From: Polyangiaceae bacterium | GTDB lineage: Bacteria > Myxococcota_A > Polyangia > Polyangiales > Polyangiaceae | Assembly: GCA_965222375.1 (NCBI GenBank) | Contig: CBDCTZ010000016.1 | Location: 1,088,001 to 1,152,000 of the forward strand | Length of the DNA: 64,000 bases | Direction: 5' to 3' | In this document: one piece after another, positions 43,933 to 54,186 of the stretch | Layout: every line of letters begins with the position of its first letter | How positions within the stretch are numbered: the first letter of the stretch is position 1 | Program-made: the position numbers and the translations under genes | Notes under the pieces: generated by a model | Told to the model about the DNA's origin: nothing | The model's database searches: none | The model's input: only the letters and a program-made list of their open reading frames with translations

Positions 43933-45550
43933 AAAACGGAGTGCCCGCAGCCTCGTGTCGGACCAGGCCGGCGCGATGGTCGTCGTCGGCACGTTCATGG
44001 CCGTCTTCCTGTCCGCGGGGCTGTTCTACTTGGTAGGCACCGGCGAGGCCATCATCTACCGGGAGCGTATTCAAGACGCAGCTGACGCCGTCGCTTTCTC
44101 CACTGCGGGTGTGCACGCGCGCGGCATGAACCTGATCGTTCTCATCAACTTGATCATGGCAGCTCTGCTTGCTGTCTTGATCTTCGCCAAGACGATCAAG
44201 TACCTCAATCTCATCATACTGGCGATTTGCGTGGTCATTTCGTGGTTCGTGCCTCCTGCTGCCGCGTACATTCCCGTCGGTAACGCCATCGACAGGGCAG
44301 TTTCCGCCTTCATCAACGTGTACGAAAACGTCCTGAAGGTCGCGCTGCCAGCCCTGAACTTCTCGCAAATAGGCATCGCGCTCGCGACCCCTTGGACCGC
44401 TGCACTCAAGACAGGCCCTGACGTCCAAGCAAAGTACGAACCCCTGGCAGAAACGGCCTACACCATAAGTCCATCCATGATGCCCCAACCATCTATCGGT
44501 AGCTGGAGTGACATCAAGAATCCCAAGGCTCTGATGGACGGCTTCCAGAACGGTAAGCTCGGGCTACCGGTTCAACAGGATACCTACGACAACCTCTGCA
44601 AGAAGTCCGCCGAGATGATGATGGACCTCTTCGCCGACGTGCTCGGGGGCGGGGCGTTTGCGAAGGCGGTCGGCCGTTGGGCGTCATCTCTAATCGGGGC
44701 GTTCCCCAGTGCGTTCTGTGGGGGAGGGTCGTCCGTCAATACCAACGGTTTCAAGATAAACATTGACGACATTGCCTCGTCCGCTTGCAAAGACGAGGAG
44801 AAGAAAAAGGAACAGGACCACAAGGACGCCAATGGCGGCAGTTCGGCAGGCTTTTCCTTCGACATGGGCGATTGCGTCGATGACAAGAAGAAGGAGCTTA
44901 AGGACAGTGTCGACGACGCCCAGCAGCAGAATAACAGCACCGGCGGCGGTGGCGGCTGGACGAAGTACGCGACCCCCAAGAAGATCTTCGATGGCGCGGA
45001 CATCGGCGGGGGCCAGTTTCAAGTCTGGTCGCTCCTGTCAGGTCAGGAGAAGTGGGCAGGGTCAAACACCGAGAAGGGGGTGGGCATGGCCTCTTGGAGC
45101 AAAGGGGCTCCTGAGATCAAGCGCAACTTCTTGAATCGTTATCGGTTTGCCCAAGCCGAATTCTACTGGGACAGCCCCGGCACCTGGGACAAGAACAAGG
45201 ACGAGTGCATGTGGAAAATGCGCTGGCGGTCCCGTTTGCGTCGAGTTCGAGTTGATATGCCGGACATCCTGGAGGGAATCGCCGGACCGATCTTCGACAA
45301 CTTGTTGGGCTCACTGAAGGGCAAGCTGTTCAATGCCTTGGACGGAAAGGGAGTGAAGACCATCCTGGGTGCTGCCGGCTTCAGTGAGTTGCTGGGCAAG
45401 TGGCTCAAAGATGGCATTGGTTTCAAGTTCGGCACCTTCGAGTGGAAGTTCGACAGCTGGCCCGGCCTGATGGGGCTCGTGGGCAAAGGAGACGACGCTT
45501 TGAACAAGGCCGTGCAGGGACTGCTGGCCACGCCGGAGATTGTGCACTGA
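43919..45550 (+). CDS. TadG-like pilus tip/anchor protein
   Basis: DQAG/AMVVV TM; RIQDAADAVAFS; ARGMNLI; C-terminal AQAEFY..MW.MRWRSRLRR. Confidence 0.78.
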   Translation: MYTREKRSARSLVSDQAGAMVVVGTFMAVFLSAGLFYLVGTGEAIIYRERIQDAADAVAFSTAGVHARGMNLIVLINLIMAALLAVLIFAKTIKYLNLIILAICVVISWFVPPAAAYIPVGNAIDRAVSAFINVYENVLKVALPALNFSQIGIALATPWTAALKTGPDVQAKYEPLAETAYTISPSMMPQPSIGSWSDIKNPKALMDGFQNGKLGLPVQQDTYDNLCKKSAEMMMDLFADVLGGGAFAKAVGRWASSLIGAFPSAFCGGGSSVNTNGFKINIDDIASSACKDEEKKKEQDHKDANGGSSAGFSFDMGDCVDDKKKELKDSVDDAQQQNNSTGGGGGWTKYATPKKIFDGADIGGGQFQVWSLLSGQEKWAGSNTEKGVGMASWSKGAPEIKRNFLNRYRFAQAEFYWDSPGTWDKNKDECMWKMRWRSRLRRVRVDMPDILEGIAGPIFDNLLGSLKGKLFNALDGKGVKTILGAAGFSELLGKWLKDGIGFKFGTFEWKFDSWPGLMGLVGKGDDALNKAVQGLLATPEIVH

Positions 45551-46020
45551 TGGCCCGCTCGCGACGCCGTCAGCGTGGAGCCGCCGCCGTCGAGGGCGCG
45601 ATGACCATGACTTTGTTCGTGCTCATCTTCGGCGGAATCTGGGCTGCTCTAGGGTTCTTCCGAGCAAAAATCGACGTGATGCAAGAGGCGCGCGCGGACG
45701 CTTGGCAGACAGCGCTCGACCCATGCGGAGGCAGTGGGATTCTCGGCAGCGTCAAGGACCAGCTCCTCGAGCAGGTCGACAGCGGGGACACGAGCGGAGG
45801 CAACGAGAAGTTCGGTGACTTCGAAAGTTCACTGGACCAATCCGGCGGCTATGTCACCACCAACGCCACGGCCACGAACGTATCCAACTCGTTGATCGGT
45901 GGCGGTGTGTACAAGCCCGAAGGCAAGATGCACATCCGCTGCAATGAAGACATCAGCAATGACAGCCTGAGCAGTATCGCTGGAGAAGCGATGGGCATGG
46001 CCAAGGATATGATCTTCTGA
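45550..46020 (+). CDS. TadE/TadF-like pseudopilin
   Basis: RQRG/AAAVEG then a hydrophobic helix; TGATG coupling. Confidence 0.78.
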   Translation: MARSRRRQRGAAAVEGAMTMTLFVLIFGGIWAALGFFRAKIDVMQEARADAWQTALDPCGGSGILGSVKDQLLEQVDSGDTSGGNEKFGDFESSLDQSGGYVTTNATATNVSNSLIGGGVYKPEGKMHIRCNEDISNDSLSSIAGEAMGMAKDMIF

Positions 46021-46030
46021 GGGCAGCACC

Positions 46031-47017
46031 ATGGCGAAGCGCAAGGCATCCTTCCTGATAGATTCGTTCTGGGCAGCCGCGCGTGCGATCTATTGGCCAC
46101 TCCGCGCCATTGGCAGATTCTACGGTCATCCTCGCGTCCGCGCAGCTTTGCGCGTGATGACGTACGTAATGGTGGTCTGTGTCGTAGTCGCGTTGTTCGG
46201 CGCGCGTTCCGCACGAGGCAGCCTGGCTGAGCAAGGGCTCATCGTTGGCCGCCAGATAGCAAAGCTGGAGGATCTAACGGCCGAACCCACCACGCTGATG
46301 TTGAACGGCCAGCGCATCAACGTTACCGCGGTCGTGGTAGAGAGTGAGCACACGAAAGTGCTGGATCGCGTGCAGACCGTGTGTGAGGCGGATAGTGCTT
46401 CCAGTGACGCGTTTCATTCTGCGGCCGCGGGGAAAGAGTCCATCGCCACCCGATACTCCTTGTTCAAAGCGAGTGTCATGCGTCGCGAGACATCCATCGA
46501 CGGCGTGGTTGCATGCGTCATGAACCGCCCTGGCAAGCAGCCGGGTTTCGCTGAGCGGTTCAAGCGCCTTGCGATGACCGCGGACTTCGGTGAGCTGGGA
46601 CTGATGCGCTATGTGTACGTCCAAAATCTGAGCAATGGGCGCACCCGCGTAGTTACGGCGTGGACGGACGGAGGGTTCAAGTTCAGCGCTCTGGTTCCAG
46701 CGTCGAAGGGCGCTGACGCGCCGGGTCACGACCCAACCAACGTACCGCGTCCGCCGGAGTCCGTGCGCTACCTCGCTGCCCACGCGGTTGGTCTGCCCCA
46801 TGGGGTCTTCCTCTACGAGACCCAGTTGAGCCGGGATGCGGCGCTCAAGTTTTATGGGGCTGAGATGACCAAGCGCGGCTGGCGCATCATGCCGGAACTC
46901 GACGCGCGCACCGAGGGCGTACGCCACTTTTTCAAGGATAATGTGGACCTGATGGTGGCGGTGCAGGAATTTGAGGGTCGCGTTTCCGTCACCATGGTAG
47001 AAACGCGATCAAACTGA
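46031..47017 (+). CDS. Hypothetical membrane-anchored protein within the Tad operon
   Basis: Single TM helix and a periplasmic-type body; in operon context. Confidence 0.7.
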   Translation: MAKRKASFLIDSFWAAARAIYWPLRAIGRFYGHPRVRAALRVMTYVMVVCVVVALFGARSARGSLAEQGLIVGRQIAKLEDLTAEPTTLMLNGQRINVTAVVVESEHTKVLDRVQTVCEADSASSDAFHSAAAGKESIATRYSLFKASVMRRETSIDGVVACVMNRPGKQPGFAERFKRLAMTADFGELGLMRYVYVQNLSNGRTRVVTAWTDGGFKFSALVPASKGADAPGHDPTNVPRPPESVRYLAAHAVGLPHGVFLYETQLSRDAALKFYGAEMTKRGWRIMPELDARTEGVRHFFKDNVDLMVAVQEFEGRVSVTMVETRSN

Positions 47018-47074
47018 GAGCGTGGGTCGCGTCGCCGGGGCCTGCGTGGAGCCTCGCGTCAGGATAACGGACCC

Positions 47075-47857
47075 ATGAACAAACGCGCGTTGATGATTGC
47101 CGTCATTTTTGCGGCTCTCGGTGCGGTCTTGATGATCCTCTACGTCAAACGCTTCGAGGAAGAAGCCTCTGGTGGCGAAAAAGTGCGCGTGATGATTGCG
47201 GTCAAGCCCCTCGAGTCTGGCGCGGAAATAGACGAATCGTCGATTGGAATCCGTGAGATCCCCATCGCGTACATCGAAGATCGCTTCGTGAAGGCCGTCG
47301 AGAAGTCGAAGATCATTGGGCTGAAGCTCGGCAACAAGGTCGAGGCACAGCAGACTCTGATGTGGACGGACCTTGCTATCGCCACGGATGAGCGCCGGGA
47401 TCTCAGCGCGTTGATCCAGCCTGGTGCCCGCGCCGTAACGGTGCGCGCGTCCCGCGGAGACAAGAGCTACGCGATGATTCGTCCTGGCGACTACGTGGAC
47501 GTGATCTCCAATCTGCCTGATCCTGAAATCCGGGAGAAGATCACGGCAGTCGTTCTCCTGCAGAAGGTGCTGGTTCTCGCAGTTGGCTTGGAAACCGCTC
47601 CGCAGAACCTCGCGGTGGGTGCAAAGGAGCGCGACATGCTGCTCACTCTGAGCGTCTCGTTGCAGGAGGGGCAGCTGCTCTCGTTGGCGCAGGACAAGGG
47701 GGAGCTGATGGTGGCGCTTAGGAACCCGACGGACCAGCGTGTTCTCGAGGGCATCCCGGAGATGAACTCGACCGCATTAACTGACAAAGAAGTGCTCAAG
47801 ACGCTGCAAGGGGCTCGTTCCAAAGCACGACCGATCCGTCTGGAGACGAAGGAATGA
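47075..47857 (+). CDS. cpaB: Flp pilus assembly protein CpaB/RcpC
   Basis: N-terminal TM, SAF domain, PGARAVTV, IRPGDYVDVI, LLQKVLVLAVG, ALRNPTD. Confidence 0.93.
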   Translation: MNKRALMIAVIFAALGAVLMILYVKRFEEEASGGEKVRVMIAVKPLESGAEIDESSIGIREIPIAYIEDRFVKAVEKSKIIGLKLGNKVEAQQTLMWTDLAIATDERRDLSALIQPGARAVTVRASRGDKSYAMIRPGDYVDVISNLPDPEIREKITAVVLLQKVLVLAVGLETAPQNLAVGAKERDMLLTLSVSLQEGQLLSLAQDKGELMVALRNPTDQRVLEGIPEMNSTALTDKEVLKTLQGARSKARPIRLETKE

Positions 47858-49170
47858 TCAAACGAATTATCCCCTGGATCGTTGGGATCGCCTGCCTGAC
47901 GCCGGCCGCGTTCGCGCAAAAAGGCGATCAAGACCCGTCCGCCGAGGGAGAGTCCGCCAACACCCAAGAGCTGAATCTGGTGGTGGGTGAGAACAAGACG
48001 ATCCCCGCCGGCGGCGTGAAAAACTACTCCGAGGGCATCAAGGGCATCGCCGATGTCAAGCTCACCACCGACAATACCAAATTCGTTATCGCCGGTCGCA
48101 AGCCCGGCAGCACGACGCTATTGCTCATCAACAAGGATGACTCGACTACCAACTGGGTCATCAATGTGTTTTCGCGCTCGCCAGCCGCAGTGAAAAAGGA
48201 GCTCTCTGACTTGTTGGGGGAGATGCCCGGCATTCGCGTGCGGCGTGTTGGTTCACGCTTCTTCATCGAGGGTGGCGTCGGCACGGACGGTGACGCCCGT
48301 CGCATCGAGAAGATCGCAAAGCTCTACCCGGGGCAGGTCGAGTCTTTGGTGGTCGTCGGCCAAGGCGGTGCGGTTGACCGCAAGGTGAACATCCGCATCG
48401 ACTTCTTCTTCGTGCAGTACGACAAGTCTTCTGGATACAACGTTGGCATTGATTGGCCAGGGCGGATAGGTGGCGACAGCGTTCAAAACGAATTCACCTA
48501 CGATTTCTTGGCTGGCACCACGACGACGGCTCAGGCCTCAGTCGTCAATCAGCCCCTCCCCGCTCTCGACATCGCGTCCGTCAAGGGCTGGGCCAAGGTC
48601 CTCAAGCAGTCCACGGTGATCACTGTGAACGGCACCAAGGCCACTTTTGAGAGCGGGGGAGAACAGAACTTCACGATCTCTTCTGGTCTCACCTCCGACA
48701 TCAAAGCCATCGAGTTCGGTACCAAAGTCACGGTGCTTCCCCGCTTGGACGAGGAAACCGGAGAACTCGAGATTGGCGTAGAGGCTGACGTTTCAGACCT
48801 CACACCTCCGGTTGGTTCCACTAATCTTCCAGGCCGAAACACCAGCAAGCTGAACACCTTGGTCAGAATGAAACTGGGGCAGTCGCTGGTGCTCTCGGGA
48901 ATCAGAACCCAAAACCGTCGCCGCGGTGTTCGCGGGCTGCCCTTGCTCAGCGAAGTCCCGGTGCTAGGCCTATTGTTCGGTACGCATAGCGATCAATCTG
49001 AAGACGTCGAGGGAGCCGTGTTTGTCATTCCCACTGCCGTCGAGGCAGTGCCCACATCGGCAATTGAGGCCATCAATAGCGCGTTGAACCAATTCGAAGA
49101 GTACTCCGGCGACATCGATGCGGTGAACGCCTACAACAAGCGCCCCAGGCAGTGGAAGAAGCGCCAATGA
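47854..49170 (+). CDS. cpaC: Tad secretin CpaC/RcpA
   Basis: Signal peptide, GRKPGSTTLL N-domain, ATFESGGE, GLPLLSEVPVLGLLF. Confidence 0.88.
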   Translation: MIKRIIPWIVGIACLTPAAFAQKGDQDPSAEGESANTQELNLVVGENKTIPAGGVKNYSEGIKGIADVKLTTDNTKFVIAGRKPGSTTLLLINKDDSTTNWVINVFSRSPAAVKKELSDLLGEMPGIRVRRVGSRFFIEGGVGTDGDARRIEKIAKLYPGQVESLVVVGQGGAVDRKVNIRIDFFFVQYDKSSGYNVGIDWPGRIGGDSVQNEFTYDFLAGTTTTAQASVVNQPLPALDIASVKGWAKVLKQSTVITVNGTKATFESGGEQNFTISSGLTSDIKAIEFGTKVTVLPRLDEETGELEIGVEADVSDLTPPVGSTNLPGRNTSKLNTLVRMKLGQSLVLSGIRTQNRRRGVRGLPLLSEVPVLGLLFGTHSDQSEDVEGAVFVIPTAVEAVPTSAIEAINSALNQFEEYSGDIDAVNAYNKRPRQWKKRQ

Positions 49171-49203
49171 GTCCCACGTCCGTGAGTCGACCCGGGTGAA
49201 GCC

Positions 49204-50967
49204 GTGAACTTGCTGGTGAGCATTGAGTCTCGCAGCGGTGGCGGAAAAAGGTCCCTACAGATTCAGGCCACCGGACCGATCACGATTGGTCGTGACGCGG
49301 CATGCGGTTTGCGAATCAAGAGCGATCTGGTCTCTCGCCAACACGCCCAGGTCAAGTTTGCCGCCGATGGAATCAGCGTCGAGGATAAGTCTACGAATGG
49401 CACCCTGGCGGGTGACCAGCTACTGAAGAAGACATCGGTTTGGGTACCCTTCGGGACGCCGATCGTCGTTGGCGATCACACTCTCGTGTTCGATGTGCCT
49501 GGCCGGCGCGACGTGCGTGAAGCTCCCCGAGTGCAGGCGCCTGCGCCATCTGCGATTCCGCGAACTCCACAGCGCAAGGCTCCCCCCGTGGCGCCGTCTA
49601 GCCCACAGCATCCGCCAGCTCCGGCGCGGGCTTCCGCTCCCCACCACGAGCCACCAAAGGAGCCGGAAGAAAGCCAAGAGCCGGCCAAGCCCGCGCGGAA
49701 CGACGCAGTCAACGAGATGCGCCGCGAAATCCACAAGCAATTGCTCGAGCACTTGGACCTGGCGACGATGGGCGCGAAGGAGCTCGATGACCCCTCCATG
49801 CGACCCAAAGTCATCGGCGCCTTGCGTCGGATCTTGGATCTGATGGGGCCGCGCATCCCCGCAAGCGTCGCCAAGGACCGACTCGTCGGGGAACTCGCGG
49901 ATGAGGCCCTTGGCCTGGGCCCCCTGGAGCATCTGCTCGCGGATCCGTCCGTCACGGAAATCATGGTGGTGGATGCAGACACGATCTACATCGAGCGGAA
50001 CGGAAAGATTGTACTTTCTGACCAGCGGTTCACCGATGACGATCGCGTACGTGCAGTGATCGAGCGAATCGTTACCCCTTTGGGACGTCGCATCGATGAA
50101 TCTTCTCCGTTGGTGGACGCTCGCCTGAAGGACGGATCTCGCGTCAATGCAGTGATCCGGCCGATCGCGCTCAAGGGGTCGTGCATCACAATTCGGAAGT
50201 TCTCCAAGGTGCCGCTCACCCTGGAAAAGCTGATCAAGTTCGGCGCGCTCTCCAGTCCCATGGGGCGGTTTCTCACCCGCTGCGTGGCCGCTAAAAAGAA
50301 CATCATCATTTCCGGCGGCACTGGTAGCGGCAAGACCACGCTACTCAACATTCTTTCCAGTGCCATTCCTGGGGATGAGCGCATCGTCACGATCGAGGAC
50401 GCAGCGGAACTCCAGCTCGAGCAGCCGCATGTGGTTTCCATGGAAACCCGGCCGCCAAACATGGAAGGCAAAGGCGAGTATTCGATCCGCGACCTGTTGC
50501 GCAACGCCATGCGCATGCGTCCCGATCGCGTCGTGGTCGGTGAGTGTCGCGGCGGTGAAGCATTGGACATGCTTCAGGCCATGAACACGGGCCACGATGG
50601 TTCGCTCACGACGACCCACGCGAACTCACCCCTCGAGGGACTCAAACGCATCGAAACTCTCTGTCTCATGGCGGGCGTTGATCTCCCGCCCCGGGCGATC
50701 CGAGAGCAGATCGTCGGGTCCATCGACGTGGTGGTTCAGCAGTCGCGATTTTCGGATGGCTCGCGCAAGCTGAGCGCTATCGCCGAGGTGGTCGGTCTCA
50801 ACGAAGACATGAGTTTCGAGCTGATGCCGATATACGAATTCGTTCGCTCGAGCACCGGCCCCGAAGGCCAGGTGGTTGGCTCCCACCAGGCAACTGGGTA
50901 CCTGCCGTCGTTCCTGAATGAATTCATCGTGAAAGGGCTCGTGCCAAGGGAGGGACCGTACCTCTGA
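49204..50967 (+). CDS. cpaF: Tad ATPase CpaF/TadA with N-terminal FHA domain
   Basis: FHA motifs IGR, VSRQHA, STNGT; Walker A GGTGSGKTT, TIEDAAEL, MRPDRVVVGECRG, GHDGSLTTTHAN. Confidence 0.95.
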   Translation: MNLLVSIESRSGGGKRSLQIQATGPITIGRDAACGLRIKSDLVSRQHAQVKFAADGISVEDKSTNGTLAGDQLLKKTSVWVPFGTPIVVGDHTLVFDVPGRRDVREAPRVQAPAPSAIPRTPQRKAPPVAPSSPQHPPAPARASAPHHEPPKEPEESQEPAKPARNDAVNEMRREIHKQLLEHLDLATMGAKELDDPSMRPKVIGALRRILDLMGPRIPASVAKDRLVGELADEALGLGPLEHLLADPSVTEIMVVDADTIYIERNGKIVLSDQRFTDDDRVRAVIERIVTPLGRRIDESSPLVDARLKDGSRVNAVIRPIALKGSCITIRKFSKVPLTLEKLIKFGALSSPMGRFLTRCVAAKKNIIISGGTGSGKTTLLNILSSAIPGDERIVTIEDAAELQLEQPHVVSMETRPPNMEGKGEYSIRDLLRNAMRMRPDRVVVGECRGGEALDMLQAMNTGHDGSLTTTHANSPLEGLKRIETLCLMAGVDLPPRAIREQIVGSIDVVVQQSRFSDGSRKLSAIAEVVGLNEDMSFELMPIYEFVRSSTGPEGQVVGSHQATGYLPSFLNEFIVKGLVPREGPYL

Positions 50968-51824
50968 TGGCCGTCACGATGATCATGAAGATTGCCGGAG
51001 CGGCGTCCATATGTGCGGCGCTGTTCATCGGTGGTTGGGCCGCGGTTGCGGATGTAGACGGCCCAGTCATGCGCTACTGGGCGCGCTACTGCGCCCATCT
51101 CGAGCGCAAGCTGCGCCTCATGTTCATTTGGACTCCGGGCCGGTACATCGCCTTCGGGCAGGTCGCCGCCATGTTCCTGGTGCTTGCTGCGCACATGGCG
51201 TTCAAGATTGAAATGTGGTGGCTGCTGTTAATCCTGATTGGTGTGGGGCCCGCGCAGTACATCGAGCGATTGCGCCGCAAACGGGTCGAGCAAATCGAGG
51301 ATCAGCTCGACGGTTTTCTAACTGCTCTGGCGAATTCGCTCAAAGCGACGCCGAGTATCGCTAACGCGTTTCAGTCGGTGCAACCATTGTTGCCTCACCC
51401 AATTCAGGGCGAGGTCGACCTTGCGTGCAAAGAGATGCGCGTCGGCAGTACTTTGGAGCAGGCATTGCTCAGCATGGGCGGGCGGGTTGCGAGTCGGCAG
51501 TTGGACTCGGCGCTTTCAGCGGTGCTGATCGGGCGGCAGTTGGGTGGTGACATGCCACGAATACTGGAAACGACGGCGGACACTCTGCGTGAGATGATAC
51601 GTTTGGAGGGCGTAGTTCAGGCCAAGACAGCCGAGGGCAAGGCTCAGGCATGGGTGCTGGCACTCTTCCCCTTTGGTATCGTCGTGTCCCTCAGCTGGAT
51701 GCAGCCGGGGTTCTTTGATCCCCTGCGTGACACCGTAGTCGGTTGGATTATTTCTGCTATCGCAGGCGTGCTGTGGCTGGTCTCGCTGCTCTGGGCACGC
51801 AAGATCTTGGCGGTGGATGTATGA
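50967..51824 (+). CDS. tadB: Tad platform protein TadB
   Basis: T2SS-F domain (QL...L..LANSLKA, GGDMPRIL, AKTAEGKAQA). Confidence 0.88.
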   Translation: MAVTMIMKIAGAASICAALFIGGWAAVADVDGPVMRYWARYCAHLERKLRLMFIWTPGRYIAFGQVAAMFLVLAAHMAFKIEMWWLLLILIGVGPAQYIERLRRKRVEQIEDQLDGFLTALANSLKATPSIANAFQSVQPLLPHPIQGEVDLACKEMRVGSTLEQALLSMGGRVASRQLDSALSAVLIGRQLGGDMPRILETTADTLREMIRLEGVVQAKTAEGKAQAWVLALFPFGIVVSLSWMQPGFFDPLRDTVVGWIISAIAGVLWLVSLLWARKILAVDV

Positions 51825-52729
51825 ACATCCCCTACCAGCTCCTACGCTACGTCGTCATGGGCCTATTCGCCCTTGCGCTGGGCTCGGCCATGTACGCGTT
51901 GGCCAGCGCTCCGACACGAGAAGCCAACCGCTTCGGAATGCGCGGCCTCAAACGGCAGCGTGCGATTGACGACAACGAAGGTTGGGCGCGGATTGAACCC
52001 TTGGTGCGCTGGTTTGGCGTTCAACTCAGCGGGATCATTCCGGATGACACACGTCGGAAGATCGATAAACAGCTGGGCTTGGCCGGAGACTGGCTCGGTA
52101 TTACGGCGGAGGAATTCTTGGGGCTTACGATCGTGTCGTTCGTCGGCGGCCTCGGTTTCGGCGTCGTCTTTGGATACTTGACCGACATGGGCGGCGTGAT
52201 GGTCATGATCATCGGGCCAGTTGGTGCGGCCGTACCCTATTTGCAGATGCAGGGTATTGCGCAGGACCGCATGAGATCAATCAACCGCGGGCTGCCCTAC
52301 GCCATCGACTTGATTGCCCTGGCGATGAGCGCCGGCAAGGACTTTCCCGGAGCGCTGCGCCAGGTGGTGGAGAAGAGCAGCGACCAGAAAGACGCGCTGG
52401 TCGAGGAATTCGCCCGGATCCTGCAAGAGCTCCAGGTTGGACGCACCCGCAAGGCGGCGCTGCTGAGCCTCGCGGAACGCGTCCCGAGTGAGTCGATACT
52501 GGAGTTCGTCAACTCCGTTGTGCAGGCCGAAGACAAGGGGAACCCGCTAGCCGAAGTGCTACAGATCCAAGCTGGCATGACTCGTATGCGTCGCAGCGTG
52601 AATGCGGAGAAGTCCGCAGCCAAGGCAGGAGTAGCCATGGTCGGTCCGTTGGTATTGCTCATGGCCTGTGTGATGCTCTTGATCTTGTCGCCGATTTTCA
52701 TGTCGCTGAGCGCAACAATGGCTGAATGA
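51821..52729 (+). CDS. tadC: Tad platform protein TadC
   Basis: LPYAIDLIALAMSAG, EF..ILQELQVG..R, VQAEDKG.PLAEVL, AEKSAAKAGV.M.GPL. Confidence 0.9.
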   Translation: MNIPYQLLRYVVMGLFALALGSAMYALASAPTREANRFGMRGLKRQRAIDDNEGWARIEPLVRWFGVQLSGIIPDDTRRKIDKQLGLAGDWLGITAEEFLGLTIVSFVGGLGFGVVFGYLTDMGGVMVMIIGPVGAAVPYLQMQGIAQDRMRSINRGLPYAIDLIALAMSAGKDFPGALRQVVEKSSDQKDALVEEFARILQELQVGRTRKAALLSLAERVPSESILEFVNSVVQAEDKGNPLAEVLQIQAGMTRMRRSVNAEKSAAKAGVAMVGPLVLLMACVMLLILSPIFMSLSATMAE

Positions 52730-52730
52730 G

Positions 52731-53609
52731 ATGCAGGCACTAAAGTTCGATATTCGCTATCCAGATGGCCGCAGCGACGAGCTGCGCATCGACAGTGACC
52801 GCGCCACGATAGGCAGCGGTGCGCACTGCGAGATCCGCTTGCCCGTCGGTAGTGCTGAAATCGAGCATATTTCCATCCAGGCGGCGCCGGGCGGCCTCGT
52901 GGCGGAAGCGCGGAGCTTTCAGCCGCCTCCGACCTTGAACAACGCACCGTTCACCAGCACGATGCTCGCGCCGGGCTCGATCTTGGGCATTGGTCATATT
53001 CAGATTGCCGTCACCGTCATGCAGCTGGCAGGCGAGGCGGATGCCAAGAAGTCTGAGCGCTCCATCAGCCCAATGACCCTCGTGCTCGCGGCCCTGATCG
53101 TTCCCGTTGGCATGTACGTCATCTTCATGGACCCAAATGCCGGGGACGAGCAGGCGGCTCCTCGTGAGATCCCTGAGCTGTTTGCCGAGGCGCCAGCGGG
53201 CTGCCCCCAACAGGGCGCGGCAGCGTTGGCCTATGCTGAAGACCGCTGGTCCGTCGCACTCTCAAAGCGTGAACGGCGTCCGTTCAGTGTGGCTGATGGT
53301 GTTGCCGCTGTCCCTATGTTTGAGATGGCGAGCGTTTGCTTTGCGGCTGCCGGGGACAAAGCAAAGGCCAAAGAAGTGTCATCGCTGGCGCAGGCGCTGA
53401 GAACAGACGTCGCCCAGGATTTTCGCACACATCGCGTGCGACTGGACTACGCGATTACCCGAAAGAACTGGCCAGTTGCTCAAACGGAAGTGCGCATTCT
53501 GTTGGAATTCTTGCAACAGCATCCCCAACACGAGTACGTCAACTGGCTGTCCAACCTGGATCGACGCATTCGCGTGAAATACGGAAGTGAACGCAAGAAG
53601 AAAAAGTAG
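52731..53609 (+). CDS. Membrane protein with degenerate N-terminal FHA-like domain
   Basis: ATIGSGAHCEIRL...EH..I, one TM helix, helical C-terminus. Confidence 0.7.
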   Translation: MQALKFDIRYPDGRSDELRIDSDRATIGSGAHCEIRLPVGSAEIEHISIQAAPGGLVAEARSFQPPPTLNNAPFTSTMLAPGSILGIGHIQIAVTVMQLAGEADAKKSERSISPMTLVLAALIVPVGMYVIFMDPNAGDEQAAPREIPELFAEAPAGCPQQGAAALAYAEDRWSVALSKRERRPFSVADGVAAVPMFEMASVCFAAAGDKAKAKEVSSLAQALRTDVAQDFRTHRVRLDYAITRKNWPVAQTEVRILLEFLQQHPQHEYVNWLSNLDRRIRVKYGSERKKKK

Positions 53610-54186
53610 GACGTCCTTCGCCGTTGCGGCGCTCGGCTTGACGCTTGGGGTGTTCTGCTCCGGGTGTGGGACGACGCCGGGCAAGAAGATCCAGAGCGCG
53701 CAAGAGACGAGTCGCGCGGAACAAGAACCGAACAAGCTCGTGGCGCGAGGTAAGATGTTCGCCCGCGTTGGCGACTACACCCGCGCCACACAGTACTTCG
53801 AGCGAGCGCTGGAGGGCGGCGCTGACCCCGGCGAAGTGCTGCCCTTGCTGATGCGCGCCTATGTGGAGAGCGGCCGGTATCGGCTGGCTCTCCAGCTGGG
53901 CGAGCGGCACCTGGCAAAAGCCCCCCGAGACCACAGGCTTCGATTCTTGATTGCGACGATCTACGTCGCGATCGACGATGTGGATCGCGCTCACAAACAC
54001 CTGCAAAGAGTCATCCAGGACAACCCCTCAAACGCCGAGGCGCACTACGTGTTAGCAGTGCTGCTACGCGACCGCGACCGCGACCTGCTTGGCGCCGACT
54101 TCCATTTTCGTGAATACTTGCGACTCAGTCCTACGGGCGTCCATGCCGAGGAAGCCAACGGGGCGCTACTAAAGCCAGTACCGTGA
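53587..54186 (+). CDS. TPR lipoprotein, TadD-like pilotin
   Basis: CSGC lipobox, TPR helices (NAEAHYVLAVL, FREYLRLSP.G.HA). Confidence 0.75.
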   Translation: MNARRKSRTSFAVAALGLTLGVFCSGCGTTPGKKIQSAQETSRAEQEPNKLVARGKMFARVGDYTRATQYFERALEGGADPGEVLPLLMRAYVESGRYRLALQLGERHLAKAPRDHRLRFLIATIYVAIDDVDRAHKHLQRVIQDNPSNAEAHYVLAVLLRDRDRDLLGADFHFREYLRLSPTGVHAEEANGALLKPVP

